Positions 20,862 through 31,569 of a stretch of DNA of 64,000 nt are shown here, piece by piece. This DNA is from Candidatus Cacconaster merdequi. Its GTDB lineage: Bacteria > Bacteroidota > Bacteroidia > Bacteroidales > UBA932. Both the position numbers and the translations under genes were made by a program. The notes under the pieces were generated by a model. The model was given only the letters and a program-made list of their open reading frames with translations. It was not told the DNA's origin and did not search any database. Each line of letters begins with the position of its first letter. The first letter of the stretch is position 1. Location: the NCBI GenBank assembly GCA_018064345.1, contig JAGHVK010000003.1, positions 5,189 to 69,188 of the forward strand. The letters run 5' to 3'.

Positions 20862-21440
20862 CTATCTTTTCTTGACATCCTTAGGTTCAGCCTCAGAAAT
20901 CTGCTGAGGAACAGCGTCACGTACGAGTTTCTGACGATCCTCATCAAGCCTTTCGTACTTCTTTCCGAAGCGTGCCATAGCAAACTCGTCACGAAGTTCG
21001 TTCACAGCCTTGATAAGCTCATTCTGAACTGCAATGTACTTGCTGTATGTTGTTCCACGGTCATTCTGGAGTGAAATAACACCCTTTGAAACCGGAACCT
21101 GACCGAGCCCGGCGATCTCCTTCATCTCCTTTTCAGGAAGGTTAGGGTCGTTGTTAGGGTTTGTCAAGAACTCTTTGATTTTGTCTTTCAGCAGGCTGAC
21201 ATCCATCGCCTGGTTGCCCGCGAAAAGTCGGTCATTGGAGTTGATCTTCACCTGGATGATGTTACGACGATTGACCTTCTGGTCCTCAACCTTCTGATCT
21301 TCGGTCGGGATAGGAGGAAGACGACGGGCGATACCCATCTCCTTGTCCATCGTAGTTACCATCAAGAAGAAAATCAATGCAATGAAGGAAATATCCGCCA
21401 TTGAGCCACCATTAATTTCAGGAGTCTTTTTTGATGCCAT
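20862..21440 (-). CDS. exbD: Biopolymer transport protein ExbD/TolR (second copy)
   Basis: 192 aa with N-terminal INGGSMADISFIALIFFLMVTT, the ExbD family pattern. Confidence 0.84.
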   Translation of the reverse strand: MASKKTPEINGGSMADISFIALIFFLMVTTMDKEMGIARRLPPIPTEDQKVEDQKVNRRNIIQVKINSNDRLFAGNQAMDVSLLKDKIKEFLTNPNNDPNLPEKEMKEIAGLGQVPVSKGVISLQNDRGTTYSKYIAVQNELIKAVNELRDEFAMARFGKKYERLDEDRQKLVRDAVPQQISEAEPKDVKKR

Positions 21441-21449
21441 ACCAAACGA

Positions 21450-21857
21450 TTATTTTATTGCTTTGTGCGCTGCACTCCAAATCAGAGCCACTACAGAAGC
21501 ACCTACGAAGAGGTAGCAGATGTAAAGCGCTGCATCAGCAAATTTGAAGGTACCTTCCGATACCACTGTATTAACGTCAATTGCCTTGCCCGGGGCAATA
21601 AGATAGATACCGCCGAATACCACAATCGCTGCTACCACAAGGATAATCAGCTTCTTGAGGCTCTTCTTGTCACTGAAGGCCTTAACCAACGGAAATCCTA
21701 TGGTAAAGATCAACGCGGCAGCTACCAGGATATACGTCCAAACGAGATAGATGTTCAGAGCAGGTGACGATTCCGTTGAGATAGTCGTCAAACCGATCAC
21801 GAACACTATCAACGATATGATAAGGAGCGCATATTCGATATATTTCAATAATTTCAT
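21450..21857 (-). CDS. Small 4-TM membrane protein of unknown function embedded in the exbB-exbD cassette
   Basis: 135 aa with four hydrophobic segments. Gaps of 17 and 9 nt to its neighbours. I recognise no family motif. Confidence 0.7.
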   Translation of the reverse strand: MKLLKYIEYALLIISLIVFVIGLTTISTESSPALNIYLVWTYILVAAALIFTIGFPLVKAFSDKKSLKKLIILVVAAIVVFGGIYLIAPGKAIDVNTVVSEGTFKFADAALYICYLFVGASVVALIWSAAHKAIK

Positions 21858-21874
21858 GATCTTTTACCTAATGA

Positions 21875-22687
21875 TTATTTTGTGTTCTTTACAAGAGTGT
21901 CAACCAAGTCGATAGAAGCAGTTTCCATATCGACAACGACTGAATCGATTCTTGAAATGAGGTAGTTGTAGAACAACTGGAGAATGATGGCGACAACAAG
22001 ACCGCCGACGGTTGTGATCAAAGCGACCTTCATACCACCTGCAACCAATGCCGGGCTGATATCACCTGCCACCTCGATAGCGTCGAATGCCTGGATAAGA
22101 CCGATTACAGTACCCATGAATCCCAACATAGGAGCGATACCGATGAAGAGTGAAATCCAAGAAAGACCATTCTCAAGCTGACCCATCTGAACTGAGCCGT
22201 AAGAGATAACTGATTTTTCGATGTTCTCGATGTCCTGACCTTCCTTAACGCGGAGGAGACCCTGATAATAGATGCTTGCTACCGGACCACGTGTGTTGCG
22301 GCAGATGTCAAGAGCACCTTCGATATCCTTGGCAGCGAGTTTTTCTTCAATCTTCTCACCGAAAGCTTTGATGTCAGTCTTCGCCATTCCGAGGGTGATG
22401 ATTCTCTCGATTGCGATTGCAAGACCGAATACAAGGCACAACAGGATGACAGCCATGAAGCCGGCACCACCTTCGATGAAGAGTTTCTTCAACTGCTGGT
22501 GCAGAGGCTTGTCGCTTGCGCCTGCTGCGAATGGATCAACAACCTCAGGAGCTTCTTCTTCAGCAGCGGCTGCAACTTCTTCTGTAGCAGCTGGAGCCTG
22601 TTCCTCTTCCTGAGCAGAAGCCGGTTGGAAATTAGCAGAGATTGTCAGAAGGCCAATAACTGCCAAAAACATGAAAATTTTTTTCAT
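21875..22687 (-). CDS. exbB: MotA/TolQ/ExbB proton-channel protein
   Basis: Signal peptide, then an acidic Ala/Glu-rich N-terminal extension, then three TMs with the ExbB-type core (GIAPMLGFMGTVIGLI). Confidence 0.9.
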   Translation of the reverse strand: MKKIFMFLAVIGLLTISANFQPASAQEEEQAPAATEEVAAAAEEEAPEVVDPFAAGASDKPLHQQLKKLFIEGGAGFMAVILLCLVFGLAIAIERIITLGMAKTDIKAFGEKIEEKLAAKDIEGALDICRNTRGPVASIYYQGLLRVKEGQDIENIEKSVISYGSVQMGQLENGLSWISLFIGIAPMLGFMGTVIGLIQAFDAIEVAGDISPALVAGGMKVALITTVGGLVVAIILQLFYNYLISRIDSVVVDMETASIDLVDTLVKNTK

Positions 22688-22852
22688 AAGTTTTTTGATT
22701 AATTATTAAACAATGTATGTAAATAGTTATAGTTGTTTCTACTCATTTCGCATACCCATACGAAATATCGTGCAATTTAGTAATTATTTTGGAATACGCC
22801 ACTTTTTTATTTGAATTTTTCCTTTTTGTAAGCGGATTCCCGATGAATCATA

Positions 22853-23626
22853 TCAGATGCCGAACAGTATGCGGGCATTACGGGAGGTGGCCAGGGCGAC
22901 TTCCTCGTACGTCAAACCTTTGATCTGCGCGACTTTCTGAGCTGTATTGGTCATATAGGCAGGCTCGTTCCGCTTCCCCCTGAAAGGAACAGGGGTGAGC
23001 CACGGGCAATCGGTTTCAAGTACGATATCCTGCAAGGACATTCTTTCCAGCGAAGCCCCTATGCCTGCGTTGCGGTAAGTGGCGACTCCTCCTATCCCGA
23101 ACTTGAAGTCAGCATATTTGAGAAGACGGCAATATGTTTCGTAGCTTCCTGAGAAAGCGTGCATCACGCCCTTGAAATCAACTCCTTTCAAATCGGAAAG
23201 AACCTTGAAGAAATCATCGGTAGCCTCTCTGAGATGGATTATTACAGGAAGATTCTCCTTTGCCGCGAGTTCAATCTGACGTTCGCACACGAGTATCTGC
23301 TCCTTGACGAAATCCCTGGACCAATATTCATCCAGCCCTATCTCACCCACAGCGTAAAACCGTCTGTCGCCTATATGGTCGAGAACAAACTGAATCTCGT
23401 CACGCCAGTTCTCCCCTACCGAAGTAGGGTGCAGACCGATGCACGGGAAAGCCATGCCTGGCAGCCTGTCGGCGACTTCAATCACCCTGCCGTGGGTCGA
23501 AGAGTCTATCCCGGGCATAACGAATGAGGTCACGGAAGCCTCGCCGGCCCGCATAAGCATCTCATCGAAATCGGCATCGAAAGCCTCATCATATATGTGT
23601 GAGTGGGTATCTATCAGTTCCATCAT
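22853..23626 (-). CDS. tatD: TatD-family metal-dependent hydrolase
   Basis: Begins M(M)ELIDTHSHIY with the His-x-His metal motif. Start moved to ATG 23626/23623, because the track start is a TTG inside the -7 box. Confidence 0.9.
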   Translation of the reverse strand: MMELIDTHSHIYDEAFDADFDEMLMRAGEASVTSFVMPGIDSSTHGRVIEVADRLPGMAFPCIGLHPTSVGENWRDEIQFVLDHIGDRRFYAVGEIGLDEYWSRDFVKEQILVCERQIELAAKENLPVIIHLREATDDFFKVLSDLKGVDFKGVMHAFSGSYETYCRLLKYADFKFGIGGVATYRNAGIGASLERMSLQDIVLETDCPWLTPVPFRGKRNEPAYMTNTAQKVAQIKGLTYEEVALATSRNARILFGI

Positions 23627-23653
23627 CGCGTTCCATCTGAAAGTTTTGAAATG

Positions 23654-23661
23654 CAAATATA
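23654..23661 (-). promoter_or_regulatory. -7 box TATATTTG upstream of tatD
   Basis: Perfect TAnnTTTG on the minus strand, 28 nt upstream of ATG 23626. Confidence 0.55.
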
Positions 23662-23714
23662 CGAAACAATAGGACTCGAAACCTTTTCTGGAATGATATG
23701 TTCAAGACAGGTTC

Positions 23715-24827
23715 TCAACCGGCAAGAGCGAACTTGCCACCCGGGACAGCAACCACGATTCCTGACATTTCGAGGGCAGTCAGTTCTGCCGCAGCAGCAG
23801 ATGGCGCAAGACCTGTCATATTCACAAGTTCCTCCACAGAAGCCGGAGACCGTTTCCGGAGAGAGGAAAGGAGAAGATCTGCATCGGATCCATCCTCCAC
23901 GGAAGAAAACAGAGAACGGAATCCCCCACCTTTGCTTCGCCGGGACCAGCCAAGACTCGTCCCAAGAGAATCCGGCGATGCCACTATCCTGGCCATATCA
24001 CTCTCTATTAACCTGTTACAGCCCACAAAGGATTCATCCTCAAGACGTCCCGGCACTGCAAACACTTCTCTGGAATAAGAGTTTGCAAGAGAGGCGGTCA
24101 TCAAGCTCCCGCCTTTGCTGAAGGACTCCACCACCAGAACTGCATCAGCCATACCGGCTATGATTCTGTTCCTCCGGAGGAAATTCGTACGTACCGGGGC
24201 GGACTGGCGGCAGAAGTCTGTCACAAGGACCCCATTCTCAACTATTCTCTCTGCAAGTTCACGGTGCCTGGCAGGGTAGATTTCATCAAGTCCGCAAGGA
24301 AGCACCGCTGCAGTGGGAAGTCCGTTCTCCAGTGCAGACCGGTGTGCCACGCCGTCTATTCCCAACGCCAGGCCACTCACAACCAAAGTGTCAGGCACAG
24401 TTTGAGCAAGTGCTCCGACTATCTTCCTGCAGTTTCCGGTACCGGAATACGTAGCCTTCCTCGTTCCTACCACCGCAAGCGAATGAACAGGGTTAAGGTC
24501 TGCACTGCCTGAGCAATACAGGACAATTGGAGCATCCGGGCACTCCTTCAGCCGGTAAGGATATGCCGGGTCATCCATTCCGATAATGCGTACACCCTTT
24601 GACAGGGCCCATTTCACTTCTGATTCGGCCCACCGGAGAGTACCCGGATCGAGAAGCATATCTGCATAGGACTCCCCGCCTCCCATAATACCGGCTACAT
24701 CCTTTACGGAGAGGGAGAATAACATCCGCACGTCCCCTACAGCCGCAAGAAGCCTGCGGCCAGCCGCGCAATCATAGGCGAACACTTTGGCGAGCGCAGC
24801 AAGGCAAACATAAAAATCAAATTCCAT
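23715..24827 (-). CDS. dprA: DNA-processing protein DprA
   Basis: 370 aa with the Rossmann-like DprA core (VVSGLALGIDGVAHRSAL, FAVPGRL) and a C-terminal winged-helix-like tail. Confidence 0.9.
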   Translation of the reverse strand: MEFDFYVCLAALAKVFAYDCAAGRRLLAAVGDVRMLFSLSVKDVAGIMGGGESYADMLLDPGTLRWAESEVKWALSKGVRIIGMDDPAYPYRLKECPDAPIVLYCSGSADLNPVHSLAVVGTRKATYSGTGNCRKIVGALAQTVPDTLVVSGLALGIDGVAHRSALENGLPTAAVLPCGLDEIYPARHRELAERIVENGVLVTDFCRQSAPVRTNFLRRNRIIAGMADAVLVVESFSKGGSLMTASLANSYSREVFAVPGRLEDESFVGCNRLIESDMARIVASPDSLGTSLGWSRRSKGGGFRSLFSSVEDGSDADLLLSSLRKRSPASVEELVNMTGLAPSAAAAELTALEMSGIVVAVPGGKFALAG

Positions 24828-24844
24828 ATCCCGCTCTTTTTGAG

Positions 24845-24852
24845 CAAAGATA
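24845..24852 (-). promoter_or_regulatory. -7 box TATCTTTG upstream of dprA
   Basis: Perfect TAnnTTTG on the minus strand, 18 nt upstream of ATG 24827. Confidence 0.55.
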
Positions 24853-24891
24853 TGGAATATGATTCCTGTTATGCGATTTTTTGTATAACCG

Positions 24892-25941
24892 CTATATAAT
24901 CAGCATTGCATCTCCGTATGTTCCAAAGCGATAGCCTTCCTCTAAAGCTATTCTGTAGGCGTTCATCACATTTTCGTAACCACCGAAGGCGGCCACGTTC
25001 ATCAGCATTGTGCTGTAAGGAAGATGAAAATTTGAAATTATCGCATCAGGGATGGAGTACTTGTAAGGAGGAAAGATGAATTTGTTCGTCCAACCGTCAT
25101 ACGCCCTTATCTCTTTTGTTGTGGTGACATAAGTCTCAAGAGCCCGGATTACGGTCACGCCGACAGCCACAATCCTATGTCCGCCGCGCTTCGCCGCGTT
25201 CACCTTTTCGGCAGTCTCCTCTGATATGATCATCTGCTCGGAATCCATCTTGTGTTTCGACAGATCCTCAACATCCACGTTATGGAAATGTGCGTTGCCC
25301 ATGAAAACGGTCAGGAATGCCGAATCGATATCGTTCACCTCCATCTTCTTGAAGAGCAGTTTGCTGAAATGGAGACCTGCAGCCGGAGCGGCCACTGCGC
25401 CATCGTTCTTCGCAAAGATTGTCTGGAACATTTCCCTGTCAATCTCCTCTGCGTGCGGACGTATCCATTTCGGAACAGGAAGCGAGCCCATCTTGTAGAG
25501 TGTTTCGCGGAACTCTTCATAACTCCCATCGAAGAGGAAACGGAGAGTGCGGCCACGGGAAGTGGTATTGTCTATCACCTCTGCCACAAGGGAATCGTTC
25601 TCTCCGAAATAGAGTTTGTTCCCGATACGTATCTTGCGTGCAGGGTCCACCAGGACGTCCCACAGACGCTGTTCACGATTGAGTTCCCTAAGCAGGAACA
25701 CCTCTATCTCGGCGCCCGTCTTCTCTTTGTTGCCTTTCAATCTGGCAGGGAAGACCTTCGCATCGTTGAATACGAACAGGTCGCCGGGTGACATATAGTC
25801 TATTACGTCCTTGAAAATTTTATGTTCAATCTCCCCGGTACTCCTGTGAAGCACCAGCAAACGGCATTCATCACGCTCTTCACACGGGTACTTTGCAATC
25901 TTTTCTTCAGGAAGAGTGAATCCGAACTGTGAAAGTTTCAT
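24892..25941 (-). CDS. queA: S-adenosylmethionine:tRNA ribosyltransferase-isomerase
   Basis: 349 aa with the [16 protein letters not shown]...[13 protein letters not shown]-terminus and the AAPAAGLHF motif. Confidence 0.96.
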   Translation of the reverse strand: MKLSQFGFTLPEEKIAKYPCEERDECRLLVLHRSTGEIEHKIFKDVIDYMSPGDLFVFNDAKVFPARLKGNKEKTGAEIEVFLLRELNREQRLWDVLVDPARKIRIGNKLYFGENDSLVAEVIDNTTSRGRTLRFLFDGSYEEFRETLYKMGSLPVPKWIRPHAEEIDREMFQTIFAKNDGAVAAPAAGLHFSKLLFKKMEVNDIDSAFLTVFMGNAHFHNVDVEDLSKHKMDSEQMIISEETAEKVNAAKRGGHRIVAVGVTVIRALETYVTTTKEIRAYDGWTNKFIFPPYKYSIPDAIISNFHLPYSTMLMNVAAFGGYENVMNAYRIALEEGYRFGTYGDAMLII

Positions 25942-26014
25942 ATTTATTATTATTACACGACAAACTGACTGTTATACGCACAATTCAGGAAAAAGTTTCA
26001 ACACACTGCCGATA

Positions 26015-27631
26015 TCACTGTGAAATCGGTTCCATCGCCCTCTTCATAGTGTTGTCTATAGTAAGGTAGATAGGATAGAAGGCATTGTCCCCCATCGGGG
26101 TGTATCTTCCTATCAAAGCTCTGATCTGAATCAGGATGATGTCTCCGGATATCTTCCAGTCAGCCTTTGAAGGCACTACTCCCAGTGAAGAGGTATATTC
26201 TATGAAACCGTCTTCTATGTGGATGGAGTCAAGGAACTTGTCGAGAGAGTCCATATCCTTTATCGAGCGCAGCGACGAACGGTACTTGTCAGCCATAAGG
26301 TTGGCGTACTTGATCAGAAGGCTCTGCCTGTTGCATCTGATAAGATAATCCGAAACGCCCGTAGTGTCCAAAGGTACGAATACGTCAGGGATTATACCGC
26401 CTCCGCCATATACGGTTCGGCCTTTCTTGATAGTGTTGAACTTCAGCGAATCATTGACTTTTATACTGTCGGCACTCATCATCTCGCCACTTGAATAACG
26501 GGCGATGATATCATCGAAATGACTCTCCCCGTAATCCACATACGGCTTCTGGATGCATCTTCCCGACGGTGTGAAATATCTTGCAACGGTAATCCTGATG
26601 CCGGACCCGTCGGAAAAGTATCTCGGCTCCTGGACAAGACCCTTTCCGAAAGAGCGGAGGCCATAGATTGTACCTCTGTCATTATCCTGTATTGCGCCCG
26701 CGAATATCTCGCTTGAAGATGCGGAGCCCTCGTCAATCAATACTGCCAGTTCCACCTCACGGCAGGTACCGCGGCCATCAGCAAACATATCCTGACGTGG
26801 AGCGTTTCGGCCCTCCATATATACTATCAGATCTCCTTTGTCGAGGAATTCGTTGCAGAGGAGAAGCGCCTGATCGAGATATCCTCCGGAATTGCCCCGC
26901 AAGTCGAAAATCAGCTTCTTCATTCCCTGTTCCTGCAGCTGAGCGACCGCCTTGAGGAACTCCACGTATGAAGTGCGGGCGAACTTCTCCAGTTTTATGT
27001 ATCCGGTCGTGTCGTCCGCCATATATGCGACATCCACGCTGTTTACGGGAATCACGTCCCTGACGATGTCGAATGGCAGGACATCCTGTTCCCCGCCGCG
27101 AGCGATACCTACAGTAACCTTCGTTCCGCGCGGGCCCTTCAGCAGCTTCACAACGGAATCCATCTGGAACTTGATACCGGCGATATTGCGTCCATTGACC
27201 GTTACAATACGGTCTCCCGTCATAAGTCCAGCCTTCTCCGAAGGTCCGCCTCCAATCACGGCAGTGACCACAACTGTATCTTCAGGCATATTGAACTGTA
27301 CCCCTATCCCTTCGAAGCCACCCTGCAAATCCTCATCAGCAGCCCGGAGGTCCTCCGGAGGAAGATACATCGAATGCGGATCAAGTTCGGCCATAATGAG
27401 TGGTAGTATCCGTTCCGTCACCTCTTCCTTGTCAATCTTATCGACATAGTCGTTGTCCACGACACCAAGCACCAGCATAAGCTTGCTCCACTCAGAATCG
27501 GAGATACGCATCTTCGAGTGCCTGCGGCCCGTTCCGAAAGTCGATGCGAGAGTGAAGCCCAGCAACACCAGGACCGCACCCCACAGTACCTTGACAAGAC
27601 CATTCCAAAACTTTTCCCGTTTCATCTCCAT
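26015..27631 (-). CDS. S41-family C-terminal processing peptidase (PDZ-containing)
   Basis: N-terminal TM, PDZ region (GGPSEKAGLMTGDRIVTVNG), and S41 motifs LRGNSGGYL and GSASSSEIFAGA. Confidence 0.9.
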   Translation of the reverse strand: MEMKREKFWNGLVKVLWGAVLVLLGFTLASTFGTGRRHSKMRISDSEWSKLMLVLGVVDNDYVDKIDKEEVTERILPLIMAELDPHSMYLPPEDLRAADEDLQGGFEGIGVQFNMPEDTVVVTAVIGGGPSEKAGLMTGDRIVTVNGRNIAGIKFQMDSVVKLLKGPRGTKVTVGIARGGEQDVLPFDIVRDVIPVNSVDVAYMADDTTGYIKLEKFARTSYVEFLKAVAQLQEQGMKKLIFDLRGNSGGYLDQALLLCNEFLDKGDLIVYMEGRNAPRQDMFADGRGTCREVELAVLIDEGSASSSEIFAGAIQDNDRGTIYGLRSFGKGLVQEPRYFSDGSGIRITVARYFTPSGRCIQKPYVDYGESHFDDIIARYSSGEMMSADSIKVNDSLKFNTIKKGRTVYGGGGIIPDVFVPLDTTGVSDYLIRCNRQSLLIKYANLMADKYRSSLRSIKDMDSLDKFLDSIHIEDGFIEYTSSLGVVPSKADWKISGDIILIQIRALIGRYTPMGDNAFYPIYLTIDNTMKRAMEPISQ

Positions 27632-28054
27632 CTACTCCTCAAACTTTTCCACTTCCACACCTGCGCGGCGCAACAAGTCAATCCCATCCGAGATACGGTA
27701 CTCGTCCCTATAGACCACACGTGATATCCCGGACTGTATTATCAGCTTTGCACATTCCATACAAGGAGAGGCAGTAACGTACATAGTGGCTCCCTGGGAA
27801 CTGTTTCCGCTCTTTGCGACTTTTGTTATGGCGTTCGCCTCTGCGTGTAGAACGTATGGCTTCGTCACACCGTTGTCATCTTCACACACATTCTCGAAGC
27901 CGGAAGGTGTCCCGTTGTAGCCATCCGAGATTATCATCCTGTCCTTTACTATGATAGCCCCCACTTTGCGGCGGCTGCAATACGAATTTCTGGCCCACAC
28001 GGAAGCCATTTCGATATAGCTGGCGTCAAATTTGGTCCTGTTGTCCATAATCAA
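27632..28054 (-). CDS. dCMP deaminase (ComEB-like)
   Basis: Zinc motifs HAEANAI and PCMECAKLI; 140 aa. Confidence 0.9.
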   Translation of the reverse strand: MIMDNRTKFDASYIEMASVWARNSYCSRRKVGAIIVKDRMIISDGYNGTPSGFENVCEDDNGVTKPYVLHAEANAITKVAKSGNSSQGATMYVTASPCMECAKLIIQSGISRVVYRDEYRISDGIDLLRRAGVEVEKFEE

Positions 28055-29730
28055 TTGGTATTCCTCTGATAGAGGTATCTCTTTATGCTGCGTTTCGGAG
28101 TCTTTTCGAATTCCTCAGGGAAAACCTCAACGGAAGAGATTTTGCAATACTGCGGCAGTTCCAGATTCGCAGCTTTCATATTCTCATTCAGTTTTTCAAG
28201 AAGCTGCCGCTGGTCAAGACCTGCTTCCTCGACCTGCTCGAAATCAGGAAATATCAATGCGACAAGCTTGTCATTATCCTCAATCACCAAAGATTCAACA
28301 ACATAAGGCATATTGTTGAGAATATTCTCGATTTCTTCCGGATAGATGTTCTGACCTGAAGGGCCGAGTATCATACTCTTGCAGCGTCCCTTTATGTACA
28401 GGTATCCGTCAGCGTCGATAACGCCCATATCCCCCGTGCAGAACCACCCGTCACGGAAAGCAGCTTCAGTGGCAGCTTCATTCTTGTAGTAGCCAAGGCA
28501 CACATTGACACCCTTTACCAGTATTTCGCCAGGGATGTTGAACGGATCTGCGGAGTCAATCTTCACCTCCATTCCAGCCACAGGCTTGCCGCAGGAGTAA
28601 AGGCGGGTCTTGTCGTGCGGGACATAGGTGATGATCGGGGCACACTCTGTCATTCCGTAGCCTATCGTCATAGGGAACTTGATTCTCTTGAGGAAAGATT
28701 CAGCCTCCTTGTTGAAAGGAGCTCCGCCAATTATCACTTCATTGAAGTTCCCTCCGAAGGAATGAATCAGTTTCTGTTGAATATTCTGCTGGACGACCTG
28801 GTCTATAACAGGCAGATTGAGCAGCAGGCGCATATATCCGCGGCTGATGAAAGGAATGAGTATCTGCTTGTATATCTTCTCAATAATCATAGGAACCGCG
28901 ATGATTACAGAAGGCTTCACTTCAGCCATCGCACTGAGAAGGACCTTCGGACTCGGCAATCTTCTCAGGAAAAACACTTCAGCACCTATCATTATTTCAA
29001 ATAGGAACTCAAACATCATTCCATACATATGGGCTGAAGGTAGCATCGCCACCACCTTGGACCGGTTGTCCATCTGAGGCTCAACTTCCTTCGCAAAGAA
29101 GATGTTGGATACCAGAGCCCTGTAAGGAATCATCACGCCCTTGGAGAAACCGGACGTTCCGGATGTATAGTTTATCAGCGCAAGGTCTTCGGGTTCGTCA
29201 GGCTTGTAATTCACGTCATTCTTCCCGAAACCGTCAGGATATCTTTCAGCGAAGAGAGCAGCCATATTACCGGCCGTTTCCGATGCAGCTGAATTGTTTC
29301 CCTGAAGCACAGAGAAATCCACGAGACTTACTACTGTTACGGAGCCTGTATCCACCTCTGTCATCTTTTCCCATATTACATCCCCTACAAAAAGGATGGA
29401 TGCCTCGGAATGCGATATGAGGTGTCGGATGTTCGCAGGCTTGAACTCGTGGAGAATCGGCACTGCGACGGCCCCGTAGGTGAGTGTTGCAAGGAATGCG
29501 ACACCCCAGTTAGCCTGGTTCTTGGCACATATCGCCACCTTGTCGCCTCTTTTCAGGCCACAGGAAGCGAAAAATATATGCAGTTGGGCAATCCTTGCTG
29601 CGAGATCCTTGTAATGGATTGTGTCACCGCCAAGATTGGACAAGGCCGGCCGTTCCCAATTGGACTTCAGACTTTCCGAAAACAGTTCGTTGAAAGGCTT
29701 GAATTCTCTTGATATATTGTTCCTTTCCAT
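28051..29730 (-). CDS. AMP-dependent acyl-CoA synthetase (long-chain fatty acid--CoA ligase type)
   Basis: AMP-binding signature YTSGTSGFSKGV plus the GWFCTGDMG and YIKGRCKSMI motifs. Confidence 0.88.
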   Translation of the reverse strand: MERNNISREFKPFNELFSESLKSNWERPALSNLGGDTIHYKDLAARIAQLHIFFASCGLKRGDKVAICAKNQANWGVAFLATLTYGAVAVPILHEFKPANIRHLISHSEASILFVGDVIWEKMTEVDTGSVTVVSLVDFSVLQGNNSAASETAGNMAALFAERYPDGFGKNDVNYKPDEPEDLALINYTSGTSGFSKGVMIPYRALVSNIFFAKEVEPQMDNRSKVVAMLPSAHMYGMMFEFLFEIMIGAEVFFLRRLPSPKVLLSAMAEVKPSVIIAVPMIIEKIYKQILIPFISRGYMRLLLNLPVIDQVVQQNIQQKLIHSFGGNFNEVIIGGAPFNKEAESFLKRIKFPMTIGYGMTECAPIITYVPHDKTRLYSCGKPVAGMEVKIDSADPFNIPGEILVKGVNVCLGYYKNEAATEAAFRDGWFCTGDMGVIDADGYLYIKGRCKSMILGPSGQNIYPEEIENILNNMPYVVESLVIEDNDKLVALIFPDFEQVEEAGLDQRQLLEKLNENMKAANLELPQYCKISSVEVFPEEFEKTPKRSIKRYLYQRNTN

Positions 29731-31547
29731 CAGTTTTCCTGCAATTCACACAAATGGGAATATAAACCCCGCTTTGCGACAAGTTCTTCGTGTGTTCCCT
29801 TCTCCACTATCTTGCCTGATTGTATTACAACAATCTGATCCGCGTGACGGATGGTGGAGAGCCTGTGCGCTATGACGAGCGAAGTCCTGTTCTCCATCAG
29901 ATTGGTAAGCGCTTCCTGTACCAGCCTCTCGCTTTCTGTGTCAAGAGCGGAGGTAGCTTCATCCAGTATGAGGATGGCCGGATTCTTAAGGACGGCTCTT
30001 GCTATCGCAACTCTCTGACGCTGACCTCCGGAAAGTTTGGCTCCACGGTCGCCGATATTGGTGTCGTATCCGTTCTCCATCTTTGATATGAACTCATCAG
30101 CATTTGCAACCTTGGCAGCTTTTACAACCTGTTGGGTGGTCGCGCCTTCCTGCCCGAACACTATGTTGGCCTTTACCGTATCGTTGAAGAGTATGGCCTC
30201 CTGGGTGACTATCCCCAACAGTGATACCAGATCTTCGATTCTGTACTCCTTAATATCGATGCCGTCAATCTTCACAGCACCCTGAGTCACGTCCCAGAAT
30301 CGCGGTACAAGGTCAGCCATTGTCGATTTCCCCGCCCCTGAAGGGCCCACTATGGCAACGCTCTTCCCTTTCGGCACCGTCAGGCAGATATCCTTCAGCA
30401 CCGGTTCACCTCCGTATGAGAAGGTAACGTGGTCAAACTCAATGGAATGTTCGAAAGAGTGTATAGGCCTCGTGCCTGAAACTATCGCCTCCGGTATGTC
30501 AAGGATATCAAAAAGTCTGTTTCCGGAAACAATGCCCTTCTGTACCGCTGCGTATGAATTCGCTATCGCCTTTGCGGGCTCAAGGACTTTCCAGTAGAAC
30601 ATTATATAGACTATGAACTGCTGCCAGGTCATACCCAATTCCCCGTGTATGTTCAGCCATCCTCCATAGAAGAGGACAATGGCAGCTATGGAGATTCCAA
30701 GGAATTCAGATGTCGGGGATGCCAGTTCCTGCCGGTTGAACACAGAACGCGATATGCGGCGGTGACGCTCATTTGTCTGTTCGAAGCTCTCTTCGACATA
30801 TTTTCCGGCATTGAAAGCCTTGATTATCCTCAGTCCGGATACAGCCTCGTCGAAATGGCTCAGAATCCGTCCCATAAGGCTCTGGGTTTCAATGGAGCCC
30901 TTGCGAAGATTCCTTGTTATCTTCGTGACTATGAAGGCGGAAACAGGCAGAGCCACAAGAGAGATCGCCGTCAGTTTCGGTGACATATAGAAGAGCATTG
31001 CAAGGAATCCTAATACAAGTATAGGCTCCCTGAAAAAGACGTGAAAACTTCCGGCCACGCTGTTCTGAACCTCATTCACATCATTGGAGATGCTTGAGAG
31101 CAGATCGCCCTTGCGCCTGTCATCGAAATACCCCACATGAAGGGAACTCACTTTCTTGAAAAGATCCCTCCGGAGCCTGCTCATCAGAGTGGTCTTCATA
31201 CTGACAAGTATCCTTTGGGAAAGATAGCGGCACAGATCTGAGAAGAAGCAGGTCACGACTATTGAAAGGCACACGAAAAGAAGACCCTTGATGATACCTC
31301 CACGGCCCACCACAAAAGAGAGCCAGTAGCTGAAAAGAGCAGTGAAGTAGTCCAGCGTGAATTGGAATTCGGGCTTCGCAAGCCCTGTGGCGACAGTATC
31401 ATTTTCAAACAGCACCGTCAGAAGCGGACCGAGAAGCGCGTAGTTCACGACGCCGAAGATTACCGACAGGATGGAAAGCAACAGGTAGCTTGGCCAATAC
31501 TTTCCAAAAGGCCTTGAATATGAGAGTATTCTTCTGAATGTGTTCAT
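29730..31547 (-). CDS. ABC exporter, fused permease/ATPase (MsbA-like)
   Basis: Six-TM domain followed by Walker A GPSGAGKST, signature LSGGQRQR and Walker B ILILDEATSALD. Start moved to ATG 31547, because the track extension runs through a terminator hairpin and a promoter box. Confidence 0.92.
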   Translation of the reverse strand: MNTFRRILSYSRPFGKYWPSYLLLSILSVIFGVVNYALLGPLLTVLFENDTVATGLAKPEFQFTLDYFTALFSYWLSFVVGRGGIIKGLLFVCLSIVVTCFFSDLCRYLSQRILVSMKTTLMSRLRRDLFKKVSSLHVGYFDDRRKGDLLSSISNDVNEVQNSVAGSFHVFFREPILVLGFLAMLFYMSPKLTAISLVALPVSAFIVTKITRNLRKGSIETQSLMGRILSHFDEAVSGLRIIKAFNAGKYVEESFEQTNERHRRISRSVFNRQELASPTSEFLGISIAAIVLFYGGWLNIHGELGMTWQQFIVYIMFYWKVLEPAKAIANSYAAVQKGIVSGNRLFDILDIPEAIVSGTRPIHSFEHSIEFDHVTFSYGGEPVLKDICLTVPKGKSVAIVGPSGAGKSTMADLVPRFWDVTQGAVKIDGIDIKEYRIEDLVSLLGIVTQEAILFNDTVKANIVFGQEGATTQQVVKAAKVANADEFISKMENGYDTNIGDRGAKLSGGQRQRVAIARAVLKNPAILILDEATSALDTESERLVQEALTNLMENRTSLVIAHRLSTIRHADQIVVIQSGKIVEKGTHEELVAKRGLYSHLCELQEN

Positions 31548-31569
31548 CGCGGACTCGGCTATAATCGTG

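Noticed and set aside
22688-22852. AT-rich region upstream of exbB containing the palindrome TTAAT-T-ATTAA (22699-22709) and a 6-bp hairpin ATTTCG..CGAAAT (22745-22766), considered as a Fur-type iron box or regulatory RNA.
   Set aside because: Short AT palindromes are expected by chance in AT-rich DNA. I cannot match them to a defined Bacteroidota operator. No consensus promoter box was found either, so no claim is made.
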